A stretch of DNA of 63,893 nucleotides, counting the filler, from Welwitschia mirabilis (lineage: Eukaryota), in NCBI GenBank assembly GCA_051453625.1. It is 6 parts of one record of this genome, joined end to end, with 100 filler letters (N's around TTAATTAATTAA, not from the genome) between each part and the next. Parts side by side here need not be neighbours in the genome. Positions count along the whole stretch, not along the records: positions 1 to 28,004 come from JBOZIK010000001.1; 5 more parts are not named here. One strand, given 5' to 3'. Below the pieces are notes generated by a model that was given only the letters and a program-made list of their open reading frames with translations, was not told where the DNA came from and did not search any database. The translations under genes were made by a program, and so were the position numbers. Below, piece by piece: positions 12,572 to 25,603 of the stretch. Position 1 is the stretch's first letter; each line of letters opens with the position of its first letter.

Positions 12572-13391
12572 TTGTTGTTGTTACCATCATGGGTATAAAT
12601 GAATAATGAAATAATGTAGGAACCAAGAAAAAATGATGTAGACACTGTAAGCTCCTTTGTAAATGATATCTTTGATTCTTCATAAGTAGTTTTAATCACT
12701 CATGTGTTTATTTCCTTTATGTTAGATTCATTTGTGATATTCCTTAATTTCTTTAATTATTGAGATACCAAAAAGTACTCAATTATTTTGTCACATTATG
12801 CCTTTCTACCATTGAAGGGGAACTAGCTGTTTGAACTCAAATAATAGTCATTTAAAATTTGTAGCCATCATGTAATAGAGAGAAAACATCTAGGCATTAA
12901 GTGTACATTTTTATTTTTAATTAATGTTAACTTTCTTCAAATTTGTAAACATCTACTAACAATTAGACGTATTCACTTGATAGAAATCTTTAGTAAACTT
13001 ACCCAAAAATTGATGAAACTTCCTCTATATAATCTTTGACCTTTCATGATCATGTAAAACATAAAATATTTATCAAAGTACAAAACCACTTTATTACTTA
13101 TTTTAGTTTAGCATAGACGTATTCAAACATGTAGATATCTTTCATCAATGTTAGGTCCAAATTCCAGCATAGTTGTCTTTGATAAGATAGTTACCTTTAA
13201 CCTATGATTTAAAAGCTAGTACATCAGGGGCATTTTTAATTTACAGATGTCTTTAGCTTAAACATCTTTAAGATCTTTACATCCTTCATTTTATAGACAT
13301 CTTTAAACACCTAATTTTGCATTTAAAAAACTAAGCCTTTTTATAATATACCATTTTTAAAGATCTATCATCATCTTATACTTAACATGAT
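12572..13391 (-). pseudogene. Mutator-like (MULE/MuDR) transposase relic
   Basis: Minus strand, in the expected order: L*KGLVF....FKD (MuDR N-terminal), C...[fs]CP*(W)...NYLIK (zinc finger), then LTVSTSFFLGSYIISLFIYTHDGNNN, resembling MULE-domain I.VDGTFL.G.Y...LL.A...DGNN. Confidence 0.55.
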
Positions 13392-13599
13392 NNNNNNNNN
13401 NNNNNNNNNNNNNNNNNNNNNNNNNNNNNNNNNNNNNNNNNNNNNNNNNNNNNNNNNNNNNNNNNNNNNNNNNNNNNNNNNNNNNNNNNNNCATCATCTT
13501 ATACTTAATATGATCTAATTTTCCTTGCAATGACATGTATACACAATGTTACAAAATATTTGATGAGTAAAATCATCAAAACTAGATTTATCAATAAGT

Positions 13600-14590
13600 A
13601 TCTTCTTTACATGATTTATAATCTTTCATTCTCAGTTATTCATAATCCACATTCAGCCTCTAAAACTCTAGTTTTTATCATTTGGAGTCAACTTTTTAAT
13701 TTTACTTAGAAATATTTCTAAACTATGAAATATTAGTTTTTTCCCCGTTTTTTGCATAGTTAATTTATCTATCATTACTACTGTATTTTTAAAAATTCAA
13801 AATTTTATCTTGTAATATTTGTTGAATAATTTTAGAATATGTAATCCATTTTTTCTCAAGTCTTATAGTAGTCTTAATATTTTTTATTAAAATAGCTTTG
13901 ATTGTAATTTTTATAGTATTTTTCTAGATAAACTATTTCTATCAATTTCAATCAATTTTAATGATCTTGATTATTAAATTCTAAAAAATTATTTTAAGGC
14001 CTCTAAATATTTTTAAGATTCTAAGAATTTATAGGTCTCTTCTTTTGAATTTTATTTGTTCCTTTTATCTCTCTTTTTTATTTTATCTATCTTTATCGAT
14101 CAAAATAGCTTAAAATTGATTAATTATACATTCATATGCTAGTTTTTATTAATTTCTTATTAATTTAGAATCCAATTTAGATGTTTGATTTCTTTTATAG
14201 ATTATTTCATGATAAGTAAAGAGTTATATTGTAGGTTAATTTTATTGAAATTTAGTAAAATCTTATTTAAATCAAATAATTTCCTAATTTGATTTGAAGA
14301 ATCTAGTTTTTCAAGTGCTACATCTTAATTTTGAATTGTTGTATATTTCTCGTAAAATGCAATGAGATGTTTAAGTTACATAATTACATCTATATTATAT
14401 GATTTTAAGTAATGTACTTTTAAAGAAAAGTATCTTTATATAAAAATGGCTCTAGTAGATTTGACTATTTAAATTATCTTATTTGTTCATTTTATTTATA
14501 AATAATCATTAGAATTAGAGTGAATGTTTGTAAAATATTATTTTTTATATTATCATATTTCCATTTTTACATCTTGTGGAATTATACTTT
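13600..14590. repeat. Old unclassified ~1-kb repeat, copy 1 (direct repeat with 17590-18600)
   Basis: Colinear shared blocks, e.g. TTACTTAGAA..ATTTCTAAACTAT, TTTCTAGAT.AACTATTTCTATC and GATTTGAAGAAT.TAG.TTTT.AAGTGCTA. Confidence 0.8.
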
Positions 14591-16029
14591 AATATATGTG
14601 GTTCTTTACAATAACGTTTAAGTCATGTGTCTTAATTGCTTTTATGTCACTTAAGAGAAATAGTTGTTTTATCATGTAAAGTGATAGTTTAATAAGATAA
14701 TATTAATATTTCCATATAAATTCATGTCAACTGTGGATTTAATAATAGTGTGCTTCCACTATATACGTAATTTAACCTAGGAGATTTCTTTATACTTTAA
14801 TTTAAACTATTTATACTTAATTTTCTTTTCTTGAATTGAACTATTATGTTAAGTACACATTTATTTTTATAAAGGCTTAGAGCATGATATCCTCATTTAA
14901 AATATTAAGTTTTTTCTTCATGCAAAGTTGGCATTATTACTAGGTAGTACTTGTTATTTTGATTGAAATATTATACTTTTCTTTGAGAATTTACATAGAT
15001 AGATTGCAACTCTCTTGTTTTTAGGTGATTTTTATATTCTAATTATATTAACAAGAGCTAAAGCATTGCATTACTTCAATAAAACTTACAAGTGCACAAA
15101 TTCTAAATTTTACTACTTTTTTGTGAATCTCTTTTTCCTTTTAATACTATGCATTTATGAATAGAAGTTGGATTCATACTAGTAGATGTTTCCACAGTTA
15201 TGAACCATCCTCATTACATACTTTATATTCACTTTTGTTTTGATTCATATTTTGTATGTAAATATTATAGAATCTTAAAAAAACAAAAAGATAAAAAAAT
15301 TATTTTTATTTGTATTTTTATTTTCTTTAAAACTTAAAAATATTGGTACTTTTTAGATGACAAAATGAGTATCATGTAGCTATATTTACAAGGGTTGTTT
15401 TCTTTGGAAAGGAGGTATTTCTATTTGTTTTTTAAAAATTATTAATTTAAAATAAAATTTCATTTTTGTTCTTAACTCTTTTTTTCTTTAATAAAATGTG
15501 ACCACGCTATATATTTTTCATCCTAAAATCCTATTTTTCATTTAATTTGGAGGGTATAATCACTTGTTTGCTAAATTTTAAACCACTATATTTGTCAATA
15601 TATGAATATTTGATCTTTTTTTATATGATAGTGTATATTTTCCATGGGTGAAGTCTATGTGATTTAATATCATTTGTGATATTATTTTATGATATAATGT
15701 TTAAGTGTATTTGAATTTATTTAGTTTATGTCCATTTTTCTTTACTTTCTATAAATGAACAAAACTTTTAGTTTATGTTTTATATTAACTAATTAAAAGT
15801 TAAAGTTTCTAATCTCCATACATTTTGCTTACTTTCTCCTATGACATATATATCATTATTCTTTATGGTTACTGGTATTGTTGCATTATATGTTATTTAT
15901 TTACAGGTCTAGTATTTAGATCCATAACCATACAAATGAGCTGTACATATATTGATTATTAGTAATTCACTTCTATTATCATCATTACTTACATAAGATG
16001 TACAAAGATACTAGTAAAGGGGTGTGATA

Positions 16030-17040
16030 TAGCTTGATATTTTGATAAAATAAGGTATTAATAGTCATAATTTTATAGTAATTTTTGACATATAATACTA
16101 TACTTAGAGGTATTTTTGTACTTTTTAGATAATAGGGAACTTAGATTCTTAATGATCTTAAAATAATGCATTATGATCTAGTTTTAGGATATTCATGATC
16201 ATTATGATCACGAGGTGAATACTAATAATCAAAATGTAGATCATGAAGGATCACTTTAACTTTATAATTTGATAGATAATTCATAGTTATTTTTCAATTA
16301 TCATATCTTATCCACTTGATAATATAATAATTACAAATCATCTTCACACTAGATGCATGACATTAAATGGACTAGAGGATTTTAGGACGTCAATACCTTG
16401 GAAATTTGCATTCTAAAAGCTATAATTTGAATATTTCTAGTTAATGTTAAGTTAAATTTCATATTTTCATATAATACTAGCCATAAGAAGTAAAATTAAG
16501 TTATTTTACATTTTAGAAGTTTAGATAGTTATTTTTTAAACTAACTATAGCATTACAGTGTTATTTCCATCAGTAAATTGTTGTTGTAGTGCCATTTAAT
16601 AGTTTTCATAAAACAAGCATAAATTATAATGCAAATTTGATGGTTTTAATAATACCTTGACTTGAAACCAATTTAAATAAAGCTATAAAGACCTTTTCCC
16701 ATTAAAAATACATATCATAATATTAATCTATCATTTTTATGCCATTTTTATGCTCTCAAGATGAATTCAAGTTGTTCTCAAACTTTAGAGATATATTTTA
16801 GCTACATTTCTTTATTTCAAATTGATATTCTCTCTATATTAGCTTTAAAAGAATTTTACATTATTTATTCTCTTTTTTCCCTATAATACACATTCATTTT
16901 TAACCTTTTACATCCTTTGATGTCTCATTTTTTATTACATTTTCTTCCATTTTCATCCATCTATAGGACATTATAAGGGTGGTGAAGTACATGTGAACAA
17001 GTGGTGTAGGAGGAGGCAAAGGCATCAAATCTTGGAAGAA
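16030..17040 (+). repeat. Unclassified LTR-like repeat family D (inverted homolog at 58985-59985)
   Basis: Shared blocks AAAATAATGCATTATGATC, AAAATGTAGATCATGAA, CATTTTTATGCCATTTT and GTGTAGGAGGAGG. Confidence 0.75.
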
Positions 17041-17589
17041 ATTATATTAATAACTAATGAAAAGGACTTCAATTTCATCTAAAACTAATAATTATTCTTT
17101 TTCTCTATCTTTTCATTCTTTTCATTACTTATTTTATGTAAATTTATGATGCTTTTCGTTTAATTTAATTAGATGTATTATAGCATGTTACATAGCTAGC
17201 GATAATTAGATTTTTATGCATTTAGTACATATCATATAGTATTATGATTTTTCATGGTTAGTCATTCTATATTAAATAAATTACATGTTTTATTTCTCTT
17301 CCTCCTTCTTTCCTCCATTCTTCTCATTTTTTTAGTATATCTTCTCATGATTCCACTTTTCTTCCTAAGTAAATAATGATGAATTTTTGTTTTTCCCTCT
17401 TTTTAACAATAGTAGATTAGTTTGTAAGTATTTCATTTAAAATTTTTTAAAATTATAATCATATATTTTATCATTAATTTTTCTCTCTTTCTTATCCTAT
17501 TCTCAAAATCAAAATATACTAGTAAATTTCAATGCTTGTTTTAATAATAATATTTTTCTACAACTTTAATGGTTTTGAAATTTTATTAG

Positions 17590-18600
17590 TAGATTCCTTA
17601 CATGATTTAGAAAATTTTATCTTTAATTATTTAAAACCAAAATTTAGCCTCTAAGATCCCTTTTTTGGCCATTCATAGTCATATTTATAGATTTACTTAG
17701 AAGGATTTCTAAACTATAAAATCTTAATTTTCTTATTTTTGAAAAATGAATTTATTTATTATTATTGCTTTTTAGAAATTCAAGATTCTATTTTGTAGTA
17801 ATTATTAAGTAATTTCTAAATATGAAATCCGTCTTATTGCAAGTTTTACATTTTTCATAACATTTTTTGTCAAAGTAGAATTTACTATAATTTTTGTATT
17901 TTTTTCTAGATGAACTATTTCTATCGATTTTAATTGATTCTAATTGATATTGAATATTTGGTTTTAGAAACTTGTTTTAGAATATACTTTAATCATTTTA
18001 AAAGTTTTAGGAATTTTTTAATCCCTTCTTTTAAAATTTTTTATTCCCTTTTATCTCTCTCTTTATTTTTTTCTCTTTTTTTAATCAAAAAAGCTTATAA
18101 TTAACTAAGTATTTATTTGATTTAATAAACATGCACATGCTAATTTTTATCAATAACTTATTGTTTTAAAAATTAATTTAGACATCTCATTACTTTTATA
18201 ACTTATTTCATGCTAAGTGAAGAGTCCTGTTTTAAGTGAATTATATTGAAATTTAATAAAAATCATGTTTAAGTTAAATGGCTTACTATGTTGATTTGAA
18301 GAATTTAGGTTTTTAAGTGCTATATTTTTTTTTTCTAAGTTGTTATATTTTTTGTAAAGAATGAAATGAGATATTTGAATTATTTAATTACATATATGTT
18401 ATATAATTTCAAGAAATAAAGTTTTTAAGCAAAAATTATTTTTGTATAAAAATATATTTAATAGAGTTAATTATTTAACTTATTTTACTTATTTGTTTAA
18501 GTCATGAATGATGTTTAGAATTATAGTGAATGTTTACAAAATATTATTTTCTATTTTATTGTACTTTCCTTTTTCCATGTTATGGAATTATGCTCTTGCA
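17590..18600. repeat. Old unclassified ~1-kb repeat, copy 2
   Basis: Colinear with 13600-14590, roughly 70% similar by eye. Confidence 0.8.
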
Positions 18601-19299
18601 CATGTGAAAAAGCATTTGAAGCTAAACTAACAATTTATAAGTATGTATTAAAAGAGTATTAGAGGTAGGGATTAGTCTCTTTACTTGTATTTTTTAGCTT
18701 CATATAAATAGAATTGTACTAGATATTTAGTGTTATACTTTGCTTATAAAGCATAAATATCTAATGTTATTAAGTTAATTGATTAAAAGATTTAATGAAT
18801 ATTTATTTTAACTTTTTATTATTCCCTTACATAATATATATTTAAATAGAACTAGAATTTGGTATCTATCAAAGATTAACCATGATTTACTTTTAGGAAA
18901 TAACATTTTAACATTAGCATTTCATTCAAAATTTTCTAAGAATAAATCTATTTTTTGAAGTTTCCAATTTGATCATTGTCATTTTTAGCACTCTCATGAA
19001 TAAAAAGTAACAAAATTAATTGAGAGAGGCTTTATATTCCATTTCATAGAATTTTTTTATTATTCACTTTCACGTTGGACAATATTAATGAACTTATCTA
19101 TTACATATTGATTACTTTAATCATGGATAAATCTAGAAATTATTGGCATTATATTATGAATGATTGCAATTAGTCCTTATAGCATGTAGTATCCCTAACC
19201 ATTTTCTTTTTGAATATCAAAATCAATCCATACCTAAGCCTTTTACCAACATTATAATTAGTTCTTACTAATCAATTAAGATTTGCATATGAGGAGATA

Positions 19300-19560
19300 C
19301 CTTTAAATGCATATTTTCTTTTGGTTATAGTCTAATGAAACGTTACTAAACTATAAGGGAGGAATCTATTTCTACTATTCCAATATAGAGGTCTCAAGTA
19401 AGCATAAAGGTTCTTTACAACATTCAATATTCTCGTACAAGCATATACACATGCTAACAACTCATAAATTTTTATTTTTATGTTTGCAACTATAGGGATA
19501 AAAGTCATTCACTTACTAACAAATGAACTGCTTGTACTTATACATCTTTCATATGTATGT
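19300..19560 (-). pseudogene. Possible MULE transposase SWIM zinc-finger relic
   Basis: Minus strand YSCK..[fs]KIYELLACVYACTRILNVVKNLYAYLRPLYW. Single transitions restore CSC...YG...CVHA (CxC...CxH SWIM) followed by a Y.Y..PLY-like motif. Confidence 0.35.
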
Positions 19561-21799
19561 TATGTGTTTAATCCATTAAGTTCTACTTTTGGATAACATC
19601 ATTATCATAGAACATGTATTATAGTTATGCATCTAAAACTAAAATGAATTTATATTACCAGTTATAATAGCAAGTACTTAATAAACTTTTGAAAGATCTT
19701 TCTAGCCACATCTAAGAATTTCATGTTCTATTCATTTCATGTTCTTGTTTGACATATTAATAACCATTATACTTTTCTAGTTTGCATATCTATTAAATTC
19801 TGATAAGATGATATAATTCATGTTAGCTGTGATAACTCATATTTGTAATTTTTTTAACAAATAATGCTATTAATTTAGGGAGAATAAATGTCTACTTGTA
19901 TTAATTCAATTTAGAAAATAGATTTATACATATATTTTATTTTTAATTCAAAATGAAGAGTTGCTTTTAATTATAGATTATGTATTTAAGTGCTTTATTT
20001 TAAATGAAACTACACCACTTTATATTACTATTGTTAGTTTTATGAAATATTCCAATAACAAGGGTGTTGTAAATGTATTAATACAAAGGAAAGGAAATTC
20101 AAGTATTCTTCATTAGTATTCAAGCACAAGAAGAATTCCTATGGTAATACTATATATTGTTGATCATACACTAGAAATAACAAAGCTAGAACTAGTTTTG
20201 AGTCACTCAAGCTTACTTTTAAGTTAAAAAATCCAAAAATCCTTAAGCCTAAATTTGACTATTTTCATGTAAATTACCTATACATCTATGACATTGAACC
20301 TCTTATTTAATGCTTTTATTTATCTTATTTTGTTTTGTTAATTATTTGAAATTAAACTATTGCCTTTTTCTTTTTATGTAGACTACTAAGTTATAGCTTG
20401 TAGTTGTTTTATGTACTATTTGTTATTTAACTTCCTATATAGATGCTAATTATAAAGAAATACCTATTACTTGTTTAACATTTATTTCAATCCAATTTCT
20501 TTAGTTATATCTCATTTTTTAGTCTAAAATAAATGGTTGATATTTATAATCATATAGTTCAATTAAAATGCTTGATTTAGCTTTATGCATAACTTTGAGT
20601 TTATTAGTTTGACACCTACTCTAAAATTTTGTTAAGGATTTTCTAGTGTTATTCTAAGTTTATTTGTTATTAGTGGTTTTTGGTTGTTGTAGTTTTCATA
20701 TCTTATAAAAAAATCTAACTAAAGGAAATAATGAAATGAAGTAGTAGCAAATGAATGATATATAAATTAATGCTCATTGGATCATTTTTACCATTGATCC
20801 ATGGAATAGCATAGAGATCTTAACTCAATTAGAGAAAATCAAGAATACAAGCCCTCCTCAATAGCTTTATAAGGATAAATAATTACTTCAATTAACAAAT
20901 TAAATTACATTTACCCTCATATAATACCTCTTCTTCTATACATAAACTTCTTTTATAAACTCATATTAGTGTTAGAATTCCTAATACTAAGGATAAAATA
21001 TGAAAAATACATTGGTCATGTAATGGCATAAATTGTTAAATTAGGATTAAACTTTGCATGTTGATAAGGAACATTAGAATTTTAAGGCATAACAAATTGG
21101 GAAATACATTAATATAATGAAAAATAAAGCATCTCTTTATACTACTATAATAATCTATAATAATAATAATAATACTCTAATTACNNNNNNNNNNNNNNNN
21201 NNNNNNNNNNNNNNNNNNNNNNNNNNNNNNNNNNNNNNNNNNNNNNNNNNNNNNNNNNNNNNNNNNNNNNNNNNNNNNNNNNNNNNNNNNNNNNNNNNNN
21301 NNNNNNNNNNNNNNNNNNNNNNNNNNNNNNNNNNNNNNNNNNNNNNNNNNNNNNNNNNNNNNNNNNNNNNNNNNNNNNNNNNNNNNNNNNNNNNNNNNNN
21401 NNNNNNNNNNNNNNNNNNNNNNNNNNNNNNNNNNNNNNNNNNNNNNNNNNNNNNNNNNNNNNNNNNNNNNNNNNNNNNNNNNNNNNNNNNNNNNNNNNNN
21501 NNNNNNNNNNNNNNNNNNNNNNNNNNNNNNNNNNNNNNNNNNNNNNNNNNNNNNNNNNNNNNNNNNNNNNNNNNNNNNNNNNNNNNNNNNNNNNNNNNNN
21601 NNNNNNNNNNNNNNNNNNNNNNNNNNNNNNNNNNNNNNNNNNNNNNNNNNNNNNNNNNNNNNNNNNNNNNNNNNNNNNNNNNNNNNNNNNNNNNNNNNNN
21701 NNNNNNNNNNNNNNNNNNNNNNNNNNNNNNNNNNNNNNNNNAAAGCAAAGCACCATGATTACCATATGAGTATCTGACTATAAATGAAATATAAAGAAA

Positions 21800-23692
21800 G
21801 CAAAAAATTAAGCATTATTCTAGTGAAAAGAAAAAGGAAGTGCTTATTAGATGAACATTATTTTATTTGAACAACCCTACTTTTATTGAAGGTGTATCTA
21901 CATAAAAAGAAAAACTTCAATGAAAAGGCATTGAATATTCAAAAAGAAGAATACTTTAAAACATATCTAATAGCAACATAGTTAACAAAGCCAAAATGTA
22001 GTTCAAAGTTATCATGCCAATTCAAAATGGTACTAGTAATTTCTAGAACTTCACGAGGTGTATCTACCTTTTATATAGTGAGTTTGTGTTAAAATAAAGG
22101 GTATGGAGTCCACACATGTAAGCATAGCTAAGTAGCAATAAAATGAAATTTGATTTTGTTATAAACATCTTGTTTATCATAAGTGTGCCATGTGAATATT
22201 CAATCTTATTATGCAACATTGTATGTAAAATGTTAATTCTAATGTTATATATCCAGAATAATGCTCAAATAATTTGAGAAAAATCAAAATTACAATTATA
22301 TATAGAATGTGAATTCCAAATTTTCCTAGGATGTTTAATAGTGATACTCTTATGGTAATGATCTTACCAATTAGCATTTTTCTTCTTCCTTTGTGCTTAT
22401 GACTCATGGACTTTGTTTGATAATGTTTTAAAATGTAATGAACTAGAATTAATTACTATTCATTAGGAAATCATTTAATTACCTAAAAAACAATCAAGCT
22501 ACTTTTTAGATATACTCAAGCATTATTAAGCAACTGAAGAGTGTGAGTTATAGATATTAAAGATGTTAGAACACATCAGTTTCATTAACAATTAAAATTG
22601 TGTTCTAATTATTTCTTTAACATAATAAAAATAAAATTTTAAAAAGAGTTATCTTCTAGATTAAAGCAATAAAAGAAGGAGGAAAATTTGGGCTATTAAG
22701 ATTATAGCTTCAAGTGGGCTAGCTTATTCTTTTTATCCTTTATAACTAACATGCATTTCCAAGTCTGACGCATCTCCATAATAGGGTTGTTTCATAAATA
22801 GAGAAATGGAATATTAGGTAACTATACTCTTGATGAGTGATACAACATCATTCTAGACCTTGTAATTCCTCCTCATAGAGTTTTAGATGATATAATTGGT
22901 ATTCATAAATGCCAATGTACTAGAACCCATCAGACAATTCAACACCACAATTCTAGATAGAAATTTTAGAAGATTCATAATATCATGATAAGAATTAATA
23001 ATACTTATCATGGATTATGGGTACTTAATGCTTATCTTATTTTCTCTCTCTCCCACTACTCACCCCAATCTTGGATTTTCAATAGTCTTTATTGTTGCTA
23101 CTCTATTAGATGAGATTATGATCTCTATTGAAATTCTGGTTCTAAAATAGAAGAGCAATGCTCTTTAAACACATCTTTAATATCTCTAATTTTCTTTAAA
23201 TATATGTTAATAATTATAGGATGTGTGCTAAATAAAAGTTAAGTAACATAAACCAACTAGGTATCATGTTTAGACATGGTATCCTTAACATCTAATGTGG
23301 TTCTAGTCTATTATTGTTTAGATGTTTCTTACTCATCAAGAATATCATGTAGCCACTTCTTCATTGTCTTTGACTTCATTGTAGTTGGGATGTTAATGGA
23401 TTTTCTCTTTTTCTTAGTAGCTTTCCTAGTTTTTTTGTTTAACCTAATGGAGTCCTTACTAGCTTTTACCATTTGAGGACTTTTTTTGAATTTATTTTGG
23501 GTTGCATCTTTCCACTAAATAAAGGCTTTCTTCAATTGGGCTCATAGCTATTTGATGATTGTTTATTTTACTCTTGTTTTCATTGGTGAGTCATATTTTA
23601 GTTCTTGTCTGTGATGCTTCATTATGTTTCTTTTCTTGCATGTAGACTAAGAGGTAGAAGACCCCTTGTATTGTACATTTTTGTCTTACCAT
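21800..23692 (-). pseudogene. Decayed, apparently multi-exon unknown gene (possibly a transposon accessory gene)
   Basis: Begins MVRQKCT at 23692 and has a Lys-rich stretch KKTRKATKKKRKS. AG acceptor-like sites lie near 23142 and 22483, followed by stop-poor frames. No family recognised. Confidence 0.3.
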
Positions 23693-25603
23693 TTCTTTAT
23701 CCTTGATTTGATTCTATCCTTGAGTCTTTTGTCAATGAATGATGTCTTTATTTACATGAAAAAGAATACCTATAGTGGAAATATGTTCATGCATGGCTTA
23801 CATAAGAGAATATGTTTAAAAAAATAAACATATGTCAAAAATCAAAAATACTAAAAAAACCCCTTCTACTAGTATATTTGAAAGCTTTTTTCTAGTAATA
23901 GAGATATTAACCCTAAAAAAATGATGTTTGAGTGAAATCCTAGCACTACTATGCTAAATGTATATGTGTAAAACAATATATTAACTATTTAAAATAGAAC
24001 ATAGAGGAATAAAAAAGCAAAGCACCATGATTACCATATGAGTATCTGACTATAAATGAAATATAAAGAAAGCAAAAAATTAAGCATTATNNNNNNNNNN
24101 NNNNNNNNNNNNNNNNNNNNNNNNNNNNNNNNNNNNNNNNNNNNNNNNNNNNNNNNNNNNNNNNNNNNNNNNNNNNNNNNNNNNNNNNNNATTATAAAAA
24201 TGTTGTTTTTTTTAAAATCCTTAATTAAAACAATCTATGAGCATATTATTTTTTGATAATCTAGGGGCTTGCTACCTTAATATTAACTTGTTATGAATGT
24301 TACTTAGTCTAGAATCAAAGAATAGCATAAATTCCCTCTTTTATTTAGGCTTCGACAATAATTTATTGATTCAATGATTGGGGTTTTTTCTTATCTAGTT
24401 TATGTAGTTGTTCTATTCTTTTATTTGTATTTTATTGTTTAATAGAAAGATAAATTATGGATAAAATCTTAAAAGAATCATGGACTAGGATCACAAGTAG
24501 AACACATTACTTTCCAAAAATAAGTTCATAGAGGATAAAACCCAACACAACTTTGAAAGTAATATAGCAGGCCCATAATACCTCATCTAATTTGAGACTT
24601 CAATTTGNNNNNNNNNNNNNNNNNNNNNNNNNNNNNNNNNNNNNNNNNNNNNNNNNNNNNNNNNNNNNNNNNNNNNNNNNNNNNNNNNNNNNNNNNNNNN
24701 NNNNNNNNNNNNNNNNNNNNNNNNNNNNNNNNNNNNNNNNNNNNNNNNNNNNNNNNNNNNNNNNNNNNNNNNNNNNNNNNNNNNNNNNNNNNNNNNNNNN
24801 NNNNNNNNNNNNNNNNNNNNNNNNNNNNNNNNNNNNNNNNNNNNNNNNNNNNNNNNNNNNNNNNNNNNNNNNNNNNNNNNNNNNNNNNNNNNNNNNNNNN
24901 NNNNNNNNNNNNNNNNNNNNNNNNNNNNNNNNNNNNNNNNNNNNNNNNNNNNNNNNNNNNNNNNNNNNNNNNNNNNNNNNNNNNNNNNNNNNNNNNNNNN
25001 NNNNNNNNNNNNNNNNNNNNNNNNNNNNNNNNNNNNNNNNNNNNNNNNNNNNNNNNNNNNNNNNNNNNNNNNNNNNNNNNNNNNNNNNNNNNNNNNNNNN
25101 NNNNNNNNNNNNNNNNNNNNNNNNNNNNNNNNNNNNNNNNNNNNNNNNNNNNNNNNNNNNNNNNNNNNNNNNNNNNNNNNNNNNNNNNNNNNNNNNNNNN
25201 NNNNNNNNNNNNNNNNNNNNNNNNNNNNNNNNNNNNNNNNNNNNNNNNNNNNNNNNNNNNNNNNNNNNNNNNNNNNNNNNNNNNNNNNNNNNNNNNNNNN
25301 NNNNNNNNNNNNNNNNNNNNNNNNNNNNNNNNNNNNNNNNNNNNNNNNNNNNNNNNNNNNNNNNNNNNNNNNNNNNNNNNNNNNNNNNNNNNNNNNNNNN
25401 NNNNNNNNNNNNNNNNNNNNNNNNNNNNNNNNNNNNNNNNNNNNNNNNNNNNNNNNNNNNNNNNNNNNNNNNNNNNNNNNNNNNNNNNNNNNNNNNNNNN
25501 NNNNNNNNNNNNNNNNNNNNNNNNNNNNNNNNNNNNNNNNNNNNNNNNNNNNNNNNNNNNNNNNNNNNNNNNNNNNNNNNNNNNNNNNNNNNNNNNNNNN
25601 NNN

